From Felis catus (taxonomy: Eukaryota), in the NCBI RefSeq assembly GCF_018350175.1, contig NC_058370.1, positions 83,266,001 to 83,330,000 on the forward strand: a DNA stretch of 64,000 nt, given 5' to 3'. The notes beneath the pieces were generated by a model. That model was not told the origin of the DNA, did no database searches, and was given only the letters and a program-made list of their open reading frames with translations. Positions 50,771-63,265 of this stretch are shown here, piece by piece. Positions within the stretch are counted from its first letter, which is position 1; every line of letters starts with the position of its first letter. The translations under genes were made by a program, and so were the position numbers.

Positions 50771-53116
50771 AACTTGGCGTGCCTTTGAACATAGCAGCTG
50801 AAATTCTATTTCATCTCCAGAAATGGCTACTGTTTCATACAGGCAGTGGGTGCTACTAGGAGTGAATCTATTTCTATGATTGCGTTTCATAGGAGACAAG
50901 TTTGGAGAAAGAATACAGGAAGTCTGAGGTCACATCTGGGAAGGAATGGCTGGATTGGGCTAGATGGGAAAATATAGTTTGCCACACCAGAGTTCATCTC
51001 CATGCACAAAACAAAAGAGCTCCTTAATAATCCCAGACTCCACTACTTTAAAGTTAAGGAGGTCCCCAGTGAATCAGGTGACCTGAATATCTTCATACTG
51101 CATTCAGTACATTTAGTAGAATTGCAGTTTTGAAGGACACAACAATATTAGTGTCCTTTGCTTAATTTTAACAAAATTTACTTTCCATTTCCTCTTAAAT
51201 GTGGTACAAGACACTTAAAGAAATGAAAGGAATGGAATGAATTTTGCCTTGAGAATTGTATCTAAGAATTTCTTACTATACTTTGCAATGAAGGGATCCA
51301 TCTGCAGTTTTGCAAAGTCAGGGTTGGGAAACAACAGAGTAAGACAGGGCAAGTTTCTGGGTAATCTGAGGGGCGGTGCAGGGTGCTCCCATGTAGATTT
51401 CTTTTTACAGGTGATGGCTTTTTGGAGGAAACAGATGGGCCCTTTGAAGATGATGTTTTTGCCTGAGTTAAGGGAGGTTGCAGGTGGAATTTGGTAAAAG
51501 TGGCAGACAGAAGAGCATCAGCATGTTCAGGTCTAGGTTGTTTGGCTGGCTGGCATGCAGTTTTGCCTCCTGTTGACATCACACTCACAGACCTCTCACG
51601 GCCCTTTTCTGTTGCTGGCTGAAATGAAAGCTGAGTATAGCTGATTCCAGGGTTAGCCGCTTTGTAGCCGAACTCTTGTCACTACCCTATTTCCATGTGA
51701 AAGCAGTTTCTCCTAAGGTCAAACCAGAGGTAAGATAGATCAGCCTCTGGCTTCCTTCTCAGGGAATGTCAGCTCATTCTAATCCAGACTGATTGAAATT
51801 TAATATCCTATCATAATAGCTTGCATGACCACCCAACACTAGGTCAGTGTGAACCCAGTAGAATTTCGTAACATTTACAGTGAAGATGCTGTGAGTTTTG
51901 CACATGTGTGTACAGAAAAAAAAAGAAAAAAAGATGAAGAGATGAAGCTGCAGATCCCTGGGCCAGTTGTCAGAAAAAGCCTTGATGCCAGCGACAGGAG
52001 CTGAGCCCATTTTTTTTGGTTCTTTTAAAGTGAAGGTAGGTTTGAGCAGAGAAAATCCTATTGTGCTGAATGATTCCATTGGGAGAGAGGTGGAGACTTT
52101 GGAATATAAATGAATGCTAGTGAATTGGAGAATTAAGATTCTCCTTCATCTGTGTATTATGGGCTTCATGTGTGATGAGCATGCGTGTTTCTAGATTAAC
52201 CCCAGCCTGCCAAGGCCTGCTTAGTGGTATTATTAGTAATAGCATCTTTGATCCCCGCATGTGTTTACCATAGCTGTCTGGGGGGCATCTATTCTGATTG
52301 GTGATGGGGTCCTATTTAAACACATGGTGACATCTTAGGGAAGCAGGTAGACTTTTAGTCTATAGAGACCTCGGATCCCTTGTCATGGGGAGTAAGAGAC
52401 ATGGTGGGGAATTTTGGGTATGAAGGTGGAAAATTACCAAAGAATAATTCTTGAGATTATTTTGGGTCCAGGTTTAGTGTTCAGTTTTGAAACAACTAAT
52501 TTTGGAAATTGAATATGAAGGGAATCTGGATAAGAGTATAAGTGTAGAGAGAAGGAAGAGCAGGGTATACAGAGGAGTAAGTTTTTGGGAGGGATACAGG
52601 GACAGGGAGAAAGAGGAAGAAAGGAAGGATTGGTATGAAGGACATTAGTGGAAAGGAAGCTTATGTGGTAGAAGGAGGAGTGTGGCTATGAATTCGCTCA
52701 TGGTCTACCCACTCCCTGTGCTGCTCATTTTCATAGTGGCTGATGTAAGGAAAAACGGAGTCCTGAAGGCACGGGGAACATTCTTCCCCTTTCTCTTCAT
52801 CCTTTCCGTTCTCTTTCCCTCTCCTCTTTTGCTTCCTTTGTCTTCTCTTCCTTTCTTTAGTTCCTAGTTCAAACATTTTGTTAAAGTGTTGCATGGGTGT
52901 CAGGACTGCCTGTTTAGCTTTAGGCAGGTCTCTTAGAGCCCCTGCTTCAGAGAATCTTCAACAGCATGGTAGAAATGAATTATGTGTATGTGATTCAGAC
53001 TGTGCACAGCAGTGAAAAGTAACTGAGAGTGCAGATTATTTGTGTTGTTAAACTGTGTGAATAATCATTGACCAACAGAACTATAAGAAATTAAATGTAT
53101 TTTAAAATGTGTAATA

Positions 53117-53334
53117 GGGGGCGCCTCGGTGGCTCAGCCGGTTAAGCATCCGACTTCAGCTCAGGTCACGATCTCATGGTCTGGGAGTTCGAGCCCTGCG
53201 TCAGGCTCTGGGCTGATGGCTCAGAGCCTGGAGCCTGCTTCTGATTCTGTGTCTTCCTCTCTTTCTGCTCCTCCCCCGTTCATGCTCTGTCTCTGTCTCA
53301 AAAATAAATAAACGTTAAAAAAATTAAAAAAAAA
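53117..53334 (+). mobile_element. Felid Can-SINE
   Basis: TSD taaaatgtgtaata at 53103-53116 and 53335-53348. Confidence 0.96.
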
Positions 53335-54295
53335 TAAAATGTGTAATAAAATAGCAAAAGTTCAGTGACAGTTGTCTTTACTTCCTCATCACTTCCATGA
53401 TTATTGCTCAGCTAATGTCTTGGAAGTGAATAGTCTACACTCTCAGGGAAAGGTGTGAGGTCTGATACCCTTTCTGTGTAGTAGGGCTCAGGGAGGATTT
53501 TTTTTCCTGAGAAAAGAGACTAAATGTATTTATTCAGAGAAAGACACAAAAAAATTACATGCTACTAACTACTCAACATTGCTGTACTTCAGAAATAATA
53601 AACTTCAATATACCATTCTTGGAAGAATCATCTCTCCTTGCTTTTTCCTGAGGAGGTCTTGACATGGTTACATGGGATATAAAAGGAGGGTGGGTTAAAT
53701 GAACTGACCAAGCAACCAAAATAAAGAAATAGAGAGGTTTTGAGTGCAGTTTGAAATGCATCTAGTGTTAAGTGAGTTGTGAAATGTTCCACTAATACAT
53801 TCTCACTTTTTTTATGGTTGGGAAGTATGCCCTACCATCTACTCAGGCTGTGCAGAAGTTCCAGGTGGTGGAGAGGTTGACAAGATCTCCCTGTGCACTT
53901 AGACAAGGGCAGGGTGTCCCTTTGCTCACTGGAGCAGATGGCTTTGTACAACCTCTTTAAGACAGCCCATGCCCTGGTTTCTAACTCAGATCACTGAACT
54001 GGAAATAAGCCTGTCCACAGAGATGTTCACCTTAGACAGTAGTCGGCTGTCTTTTTACCTTTTACATCTCTCCTCTTTTCTGATGTTTGCCCTTGAAATG
54101 AGGTTCCTCAATGGCCTGGTAGTTGAAGCAGATGGACTGGTGGTTGCCTGGACTCTGCAAGCAGTAGGCCTTCTGCTTTTTTTTTTGTGAACAGCTTTAT
54201 CTGTAAAATGACCGTTAGTGTGTATCCTGGTTGTTGGCACGACAATGTGAAATAAAGATGGCAGAGGTTATGAGAATATGTGATTGGTAATCCTT

Positions 54296-54510
54296 TAAAA
54301 AAATTTGTTTTTACTATTCATTTTTGAGAGAGGGAGACAGAACATGAGTGGGAGAGGGGCAGAGAGAGAGGGAGTCACAGAATCTGAGGCAGGCTCCAGG
54401 GTCTAAGCTGTCAACATAAGAGCCCAACGTGGGGCTTGAACTCGTGGACCGCAAGATCATGACCTGAGCTGAAGTTGGATGCTCCACCGACTGAGCCACC
54501 CAGGTGCCCC
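54296..54510 (-). mobile_element. Can-SINE
   Basis: Full body; degenerate TSD ttggtaatccttt / ttggcaatacttt. Confidence 0.93.
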
Positions 54511-55370
54511 AGTTGGCAATACTTTTGTGGGCCAGGGCAACAAGTGCTAAAATCTCTCAGGCATTTCAACATTTCAGACTGTGGGAACCATGTTTACAAA
54601 CATCTTTTCACAACTAAGAAGAGTTTTTGCTTGAGAGAGAGGTCAGTGATAAGGAAGCAGTGCTCATTTTGAACATGATGGTGTTTCATTGACATGAAAG
54701 AGCTGTTGGGAGTCTTGGTTTTTCTCCTCCCTTCCTCTTTCCCACCTGCAGGCCCTGACTGCAAATCCCCTTGTAATTATCCCTGTCACTGAAGCCTGGA
54801 AGGCTCACCCTCCACAACAGGGGATATTAGAAGGGCTAAATGTCTCCCACCACACAGGGAGAAATATTCTTTTGTTCGAAGAGGAAGTTTGCTCATCCAA
54901 AGATTATCTTCTCCTGTGGCTGTGCCATGATCGGAAGGGAGAGAGGTTTTCATGTTCCCTGTGGCTGACTGTTGGGGAAAACACTGTAATATCAGGGTTT
55001 AGGTCGGCGAGGTAGGAGTCACAGAAGCTTTTGAGGTGGTCTCTTTGCCAATGCAAGGTAATATAGCCATTTTCCGGGATTAGAGAGAATGGGGGAGGAA
55101 GACCAGTCGTGTAGGGGATGCTGTCATGTTATGTGTGATTTCTTTGGTCTTTGGAAATCCTCCCTCTGGTTTAGTGGGACATGTGATCTAGGCACAGTCC
55201 CTGGGGAGAAAAATGGCACTGGTAACCTAGTTTCTTCCCAGTTCAGTGTTCCATGTGGATACTACTGACCTAATTGTTTTTAGGCTACCCATTAGGAACA
55301 TCAGAATTAAGATCACAATACTTACTTATTGGTTCTGCTTGCTTCGATATCTGTGCTTAGAAGTGCCTTT

Positions 55371-57378
55371 AAGCATCAAAATTGGCAAAGATGAAGTCAA
55401 GCTTTCACTTTTTGAAGATGACATGATATTATACATGGAAAACCAAATAGACTCCACCAAAAGTCTACTAGAACTGCTACATGAATTCAGCAAAGTCGCA
55501 GGATACAAAATCAGTGTACAGAAATCAGTTGCATTCTTATACACTAATAATGAAGCAACAGAAAGAAAAATAAAGAAACTGATCCCATTCAAAATTGCAC
55601 CAAGAAGCATAAAATCCCTAGGAATAAATCTAACCAAAGATGTAAAAGATCTGTATGCTGAAAACTTACAGAAAGCTTCATAGAAGCTTCATAAGCTTCA
55701 TAGAAAGCTTATGAAGGAAATTGAAGAAGATATAAAGAAATGGAAAAACATTCCATGCTCATGGATTGGAGGAATAAATATTGTTAAAATGTCAATACCA
55801 CCCAAAGCAATATACACATTCGATGCAATCCCAATCAAAATTGCACCAGCATTCTTCTCAAAGCTAGAACAAGCAATCCGAAAATTTGTATGTAACCACA
55901 AAAGACCCCAAATAGCCAAATTAATATTGAAGAAGAAGACCAAAGCAGGAGGCATCACAATCCCAGACTTTAGCCTCTACTACAAAGTTGTCATCATCAA
56001 GACAGCATGGTATTGGCACAAGAACAGACACAAAGACCAATGGAATAGAATAGAGACTCCAGAATTGGATCCACAATAGTATGGCCAACTGATCTTTGAC
56101 AAAGCAGGAAAGAATATCCAATGGAAAAAAAGACAGTCACTTTAACAAATGGTGCTGGGAGAACTGGACAGCAACATGCAGAAGATTGAAACTAGACCAC
56201 TTTCTTACACCATTCACAAAAATAAACCCAAACTGGATAAAGGCCCTAAATGTGAGACAGGAAACCATCAAAACCCTAGAGGGGAAAGCAGGAAAAAACC
56301 TCTCTGACCTCAGCTGCAGCAATTTCTTACTTGACACATCTCCAAAGGCAAGGGAATGAAAAGTAAAAATGAACTATTGGGACCTCATGAAGATAAAAAG
56401 CTTCTGCACTGCAAAAGAAACAACCAACAAAACTAAAAGGCAACCAACGGAATGGGAAAAGATATTTGCAAATGACATATCAGACAAAGCGCTAGTATCC
56501 AAAATGTATAAAGAACTTACCAAATTCCACACCCGAAAAACAAATAATCCAGTGAAGGNNNNNNNNNNNNNNNNNNNNNNNNNNNNNNNNNNNNNNNNNN
56601 NNNNNNNNNNNNNNNNNNNNNNNNNNNNNNNNNNNNNNNNNNNNNNNNNNNNNNNNNNNNNNNNNNNNNNNNNNNNNNNNNNNNNNNNNNNNNNNNNNNN
56701 NNNNGCTAAAATGAAAAAATCAGGAGACTGTAGTTGCTGGAGAGGATGTGGAGAAATGGGAACCCTCTTGCACTTTTGTGGGAATGCAAATTGGTGCAAC
56801 CACTCTGGAAAACAGTGTGGAGGTTCCTCAAAAAATTAAAAATAGATCTACCCTATGACCCAACAATAGCACTGCTAGGAATTTACCCAAGGGATACAGG
56901 AGCGCTGATGCATAGGGGTACTTGTACCCCAATGTTTATGGTAGCACTTTAAACAATAGCCAAATTATGAAAAGAGCCTAAATGTCCATCAACTGATGAA
57001 TGGATAAAGAAATTGTGGTTTATATACACAATGGAATACTACTTGGCAATGAGAAAGAATGAAATACGGCCTTTTGTAGCAATGTGGATGGAACTGGAGA
57101 ATGTTATGCTAAGTGAAATAAGTCATACAGAAAAAGACAGATACCATATGTTTTCACTCTTATGTGGATCCTGAAAAACTTAACAGAAGACCATGGGGGA
57201 GGGGAAGGAAAAAAAAAAGGGAGGGAGCCAAAGCATAAGAGACTCTTAAAAACTGAGAATAAACTGAGGGTTGATGAGGGGTGAGAGGGAGGGGAAAGTG
57301 GGTGATGGACATTGAGGAGGGCACCTGTTGGGATGAGCACTGGGTGTTGACAATAAATTTTATATTAAAAAAATAAAA
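55371..57378 (+). mobile_element. 5'-truncated felid L1: disabled ORF2 (RT motif to C-terminus) plus 3'UTR
   Basis: [14 protein letters not shown] (decayed FADDM), [48 protein letters not shown]. Several stops and frameshifts; aataaa and A-tail at ~57352-57378. Confidence 0.97.
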
Positions 57379-57587
57379 CTTAGGCATATCAACTTGCTCT
57401 GTGTACTTTGGAGCCCAAGCTACAATGGCTCCAGAGGGCATTTTTAAACAGTGATAAAAATGGAAGAGGAGACCCTTTGGTTTCCTTTTATCAGAAAGAC
57501 ATGAAGACTTTTTTTTTTTTTTTTTTTACATACCTCAGCAATAAAAGTGTTGTTGGGGGGGGGGGAAGCACCTTTAACCAGAGGCTT

Positions 57588-57854
57588 ATATTTTTATTTT
57601 TCTAAAAGTTTTTATTTTAATCCCAGTTAGCACAGTGTTATATTAGTTTCAGGTATACAGTATAGTGATTGAACACTTGTATACATCACCCAGTACTCAT
57701 CAAGACACCTGCCCTCCTTAATCCCTGTCACCTGTTTAACCAATCCATCTCCCCTCTGGTAGCCATCAGTGTTTCTTGGTTTGTCTCTTTCTCTTATATT
57801 TCCCCTTTGCTTACTTGTTTTGTTTCTTAAATTCCATATACTAGTGAAATCATA
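57588..57854 (-). mobile_element. Carnivore L1 3'UTR fragment
   Basis: TSD ttaaccagaggctt at 57574-57587 and 57855-57868; cacagtgttatattagtttcaggtatacag. Confidence 0.92.
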
Positions 57855-59402
57855 TTAACCAGAGGCTTTTAAAAACAACAACATTATTAGTGGAAAATGA
57901 CAATGTACACTTTGATATAGATTAATTGCAGTTTATAGATACTTAATAATAAATTATTGGCAAATTACAAGTAAGTTATAAGTATAGGGTGGCTTGATTG
58001 TCAACTACCAAACCTTCCTCACTGGAGTTTTGGTAAGATGATAGCCAGGAGTAATCTTGGGCTAGATTTGTTGTGTAGAAATCCAGTGTCTGTGGGTATG
58101 CTCCTCGGTCCTATGAGGATCTCAGGTCTGATGATCAGGCCCAGGGATTTTAAGGTAAACCCTCAGCTGGGGCAGACTGAGCTCTTTGATTTTGACTGGC
58201 ATTTAACCAAGTGTGGTCTCAAGTTGGATTATTTTTTAGGCAGTTTAGTATCTGGAGGTTTGTTCTTGGGTCCGTGATTGTCTTGAGTCAAAGGAGAGAT
58301 GATAAATACATTATAAGTGTGTCTCTTGAACCTTCATCAGCCATGGCAGACATAGCTAATTGATCATGGCCTACTTGGCCTTGAGCCCAGATGCCTGCCA
58401 CACTGTTCCTAGGCAGCCCCAAGAGTTGGCCTGGGAGTTGCAGCCTATTGGTAATCTGTGACCCATTATGTCCTGTTACTTAAATTGATGTCCTAATTTC
58501 AGGACTTCTTAGAAATTCTGTTTCCAGTGCGTTACTCAATTCTTAAAGTAAAATCTCTGGCTAGTTCACACAGGGTTGGCACAATTTCTAGTCCTTATTC
58601 CTGTTAAACCAATTCAAATGACATAAAAATGAACATCAGTATGGTAGAGTAGAAATAGAATGGTGCTGTTTGTTTTGAGCCTGGAACCTAGCTATTCTAC
58701 TTTCTGTTGGTATGACCCTTGGCAGTTATCTATTTGAGCGTTAGGCTTTTATGGGTAAAATGTGAGGATAAGAGGTAAGGTAAATAAATAGCATATTTTC
58801 TGATGTATTTTAAGCACTAATAAATAGTGGCCATTATTAGTGCTTACATAGGGGGAGATTACTGCAGTACCTGGCATGCAGTAGACATTCACTAAATGCC
58901 TTTCTTTTTATCCTATTTATTTCCTTTGTAGGAATTGACACAGATTGTAACTATTTTTGGTATGTGTGTTTATTTCTTGGATCACCTCCCTAGAAGATAA
59001 ACTCCATCAGGAGATTGTCAGTTTTGTTAAGGTATATCTCCAGAACATAGCTCCATGCCTGACACATAGTTGTCACTTAGTAGATATTTGTTGACATACT
59101 AAATATGCTTTCTTTATTTTTCCTAATAGAATAATAATATGCAAGAGACATGTGATGCTGTTGTCCTCTATCATGAATAGACTTGCCTGGAGGCTGTATG
59201 AAAATGTGGTCTACTTGGCACTCTAGGAGGGGGAGGGGTTAATAGGTTTCTGGCGTTTTATATCAAGAATGAGTTTATGCCCTTCCCAGTGGAGTTGTTG
59301 TATGGGTATCATTTCAGCAGTCCAGACTATAAAGGAGTTGTTTGACCCAGGGTTGGCCTTGGCCGAGCTCTACTGTTCAGGTATTTCAGGCAGACGCTAT
59401 AA

Positions 59403-59977
59403 TGCTGCTTTGTCCAATAAGGTGGACCCATGCTACCATTGACCACTTGGAATGGGACTTGTCCAGATTAGGATGTGTTTAAAGTGTGAACTACACCCTA
59501 GATTTTGAATACTTCATATGTAAAAAAGAGTGTAAAATATTTTATTAATAATTTTAATATCAATTGCTTGTTGAAATGATGGTTATATTGGGTTAAGTAA
59601 TATCTATTATTTACTTTTAAAGATCTTTTTAAAAAATTATTTTCGTGTTTATTTACTTTTGAGAGAGCATGCATGAGTGAGTGGGGGAAGGTACACAGAG
59701 AAGGAGAAAGAAAATCTCAAGCAGGTTCTGTGCTGTCAGTGCAGAACCTGATGTGGGGCTCCATCTCATTAACAGAACTGTGAGATCATGACCTGAGCTA
59801 AAATTGAGTCAGATGTTTAACCGATTGAGCCACCTAGGTGCCCCTAATATTTATTATTAAAACTAGTTTTCACCTTTTATTTTTATTTACTTTTTAAAGT
59901 GTGGTCCCCAGAAAATTTAAAATGATACATAAAGCTTACATTTGTGCTTGCATTACATGTTCCTTGGTCAGCATTGC
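59403..59977 (+). mobile_element. MER33-like MITE split by a Can-SINE
   Basis: Colinear with 48831-49159 (tgtccaata..gtaaaatat..ttgggttaagt..agaaaatttaaaatgataca). Confidence 0.8.
59612..59844 (-). mobile_element. Can-SINE
   Basis: TSD taatat(c/t)tattatt at 59598 and 59845. Confidence 0.93.
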
Positions 59978-60549
59978 CAGAAGAAGATACAGTTTTGGGG
60001 CAGGGTAGAGAACGGTGGACCAGGTGTCTGGAGATCTGGTCTCAGTCCTGCTTCTGCACTAGTTCAGGATGTGACCTTGAACAAGCCATCTAACCATTTT
60101 ACACCTTAGATCTTTATGGAAAAGGCTGTTCTGAGGCTTTGATAGCTAAGAAGGGAAAAAGGAGTGTTTGAGAACAATTTAATTACAAGATATGAATTGT
60201 CTTATTTCTAAAACCACTTAGGGATTTTTGGGGGTACTGGCAGCCACAGCCTCCTGATTCCGGGAAGAATACATGGAGGGCACTTTCCATCTGCGCCAGG
60301 CTCACTCTTTGCTAGAAGAACAGAGTGCAACAAGCAAGGCAGGAAGTTCTGGCTTTTGTGGCTAGCTGGACCATAATTAGGACTTTCCAATCAAACCGAA
60401 GTTCCTCAGAAAAACTACGTTTTTTTTTTTTTTTTAATGAACCAGACTGATAAACCGTAAAATTTTCATCTTTAATGCCTCTGTCCCACTTTATGAAGCC
60501 AATGTTATTTTCAGTCACACTAGACTCATTCAGAAAAACACCAAGGTCA

Positions 60550-60709
60550 GGGGTGCCTGGGTGGCTCAGTTGGTTAAGCATCCGACTTTGGCTCATGATC
60601 TCACAGTTTGTGAGTTCGAACCCCTCATCAAGCTCTCTGCTGACAGCTGGGAATCTGGAGTGTGCTTTGGATTCTGTGTCTCCCTCTCTCTCTGCCTCTC
60701 CCCTGCTTG

Positions 60710-60762
<53 letters not shown>

Positions 60763-60808
60763 TCTGTCTCTCTCTCAAAAATGAATAAACATTAAAAAAA
60801 AAAAAACG
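60550..60808 (+). mobile_element. Can-SINE with internal (CA)~24 microsatellite
   Basis: TSD aacaccaaggt on both sides; (CA)n at ~60713-60760. Confidence 0.95.
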
Positions 60809-61303
60809 AACACCAAGGTTAGTATTTAGACACAGTGGATACATAATAAAATTTAAAAGAATGACTTGTTTGACCTGGGAAACATAGACCTTTCTGGTGT
60901 ATCCGAGACCTTGGGAAACTTCCTCTCCTACAATCCCTGCCGGGAAGGTATCAGAACTCTGATGATGATGTTTATCTAATTTACTATGTCTATTTAATTT
61001 AGGTTGTGTCTTTCTAATTTATATTATGAACCTTCTCAATTGAAGTTAAATCTCCCATAATGATCTGTATGGTGTCTAGTATGTTTTCTGTGCTCGGATA
61101 ATATGAACAGTAAGAAACATGTTAAATTCTTGATGTATTTTTGTTAGTGTCAAAGTTCTTCTTTGGAGGATAATCTCCTTCAAAAGTTTTGCATTTTTGA
61201 GTATGTCTGTATAGTCTCCCAAACATTTTACGAAAAAGTGGAAAATTCAAGGACCTGGTATTTATAAATATCTGGATGATTGATGGAATATTTTCATTTT
61301 AAA

Positions 61304-61519
61304 TTTTTTTTTTCAACGTTTATTTATTTTTTTTGGGACAGGGAGAGACAGAGCATGAACGGGGGAGGGTCAGAGAGAGAGGGAGACACAGAATCGGAAA
61401 CAGGCTCCAGGCTCTGAGCCATCAGCCCAGAGCCCGACGTGGGGCTCGAACTCACGGACCACGAGATCGTGACCTGGCTGAAGTCGGACACTTAACCGAC
61501 TGCGCCACCCAGGCGCCCC
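61304..61519 (-). mobile_element. Young felid Can-SINE
   Basis: TSD tattttcattttaaa at 61289-61303 and 61520-61534. Confidence 0.97.
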
Positions 61520-61754
61520 TATTTTCATTTTAAAAATCTAGCTCTTTGACATTATGGTTTAAGCTATGATATTTCTTTCATCTCTTTATACAATTACAAC
61601 AACATTGCTAACATTGAGCATATCTGTCTTCTGGTAGCTAAAACTCAGGTCCCTACAGTTGTATGCATTTCCATTCCCTGTGACTGTACAGAAGGACTTT
61701 CAGATTTCATTTGGATGCATTATTTAATTCCCCTTTTTTCTTTCCTCCAGTGAG

Positions 61755-61960
61755 ATGTGAAAGAACAGGCATGGGCCTTGGAGTCTACCAGCATTAGAAT
61801 CTGTGCTCTGCTGTATAACTTGATGGCCTTGGGCAGATTATTTAATCTCTTTGGGTCACAGTTTCCTTACCCTACTTTAGGGTAAATTATATCCAACTTG
61901 CTTAGTTGTTTGAGGATTAAATTAGATTGCCTTTATATAATGCTTAGAAATCAGTGATAA
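61755..61960 (+). mobile_element. MIR
   Basis: ggccttgggcagattatttaatctct..cacagtttcctta..gttgtttgaggattaaattaga. Confidence 0.75.
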
Positions 61961-62615
61961 CCTTCTAATAAAAAACTAAGTTAAAAGGGTGCATTTGACT
62001 TTTTGCAATTCAAAGATTATGCTAGATTGCATTTATTTAGGACTTTTTTTTCTCCAAGGATATTTTGCAGTTAATTTTTAATATCTGTGTAAGATGTTTA
62101 CTTATATGCAGTTTTGATTTTTCATGCCTGTTTTGCAAAAGGGGGAAACTGAGTCACTTAAAGATGGAGAGTCCAGTTGTTCTCCGTTTAGGCTGCCATG
62201 TCCTTTTGTCAGAGCAAAGTATGAAAATGCTGACCTTTCCTTGCCAGTGAAGAATCCACTCAGCACTATTTACTATAATATCCCCCAATAGAAACAGGAG
62301 GCTCAATGCCCAGATCAACCGTAGAGTAATTAATGAGCATCAGTGTGTGCCCGGCATTGAGAACAGTTCAAAGAAGACTGAGAGGGTCCCTGTCCTCGAA
62401 GAATTTGACAGCTAATGGGTGAATCAAGGGCACATAAATACACACGAAAACAAGACCAAAGCATATCAACATACACATTTGTTGGATCCCAGCTATGTGC
62501 GAAGGCTTATGTTAATGCCTTGTGATTGGCAGAGCAATAAAGGATATACAGGATTAATAGAGAGTTTGCAGAGTGCTGAAGGAGTCAAGACAGTTTTCTT
62601 TGGGATAATCGAAGG

Positions 62616-62750
62616 CAGTGGTTCTGAACTCTTATTGGACCCACCTCCTGAGACTTAGATTCAGTAAGTCCAGGGCAGGACCTGAGATTCAGCATTTCTA
62701 ACATGCTCCCTGGTAATGCTGCTGCTGCTGATTTTCAGGCCACACGTGAT
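62616..62750. mobile_element. MER5A-like hAT MITE
   Basis: cagtggttct..gattcagtaagtccagggcaggacctgagattcagcatttctaaca..ggtaatgctgctgctgctg. Confidence 0.8.
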
Positions 62751-63265
62751 TTGGGAGCCTGAGGGATGAGCTGGATCTAGCTCTGGGAGGAGAAATTAGG
62801 AAGGCACACCAAGGAGGATATGCCCAGTTTTGCCTGTGTATTTTTAGCCTTTCCCTTCCTCGTGCTTTTTACCTGGGGTGCCCCTTCACTGTGGTTGCCA
62901 GTGTCACGTGGTTTTACCCAATAGTGAGACAGTGTGTTGCATGTGCTTTTTATTCAAAAAGAGAGAATTTTCACCTTTGCTATAATGGCCTTGTAACCCT
63001 GCCTTCTCTTTCTCAAAATATTTGCATTTAAATGCTAACTCTGCCTCTTTACTCTCATCCTGTCCATTCCCCTCCCCCTGCAACTCTTACTTTGGCAGCA
63101 ATGAAGTTGCTGGGCTTCCCATTTGAAATCACTTTAAAAAGGCTTAAAGACAAATCCCGCAAATTACAGTTACTGGTATTTACCCAAGTAAAACCCAGTA
63201 TCCTGTTGCTTTGTTGACAGCAGGGCCCAGCCAACTGTTGGGTTAGCCCGGGCTGGTAGAGTTAA

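Noticed and set aside
55246-56952. RT-like ORFs as a functional reverse-transcriptase system
   Set aside because: 5'-truncated L1 ORF2 with an altered FADD motif, stops and frameshifts.
549-61533. Recurring ORFs such as MAQSV.., MGQRETEHERGRG.. and GAPGWRSRLSVRL..
   Set aside because: They are translations of Can-SINE copies, not a gene family.
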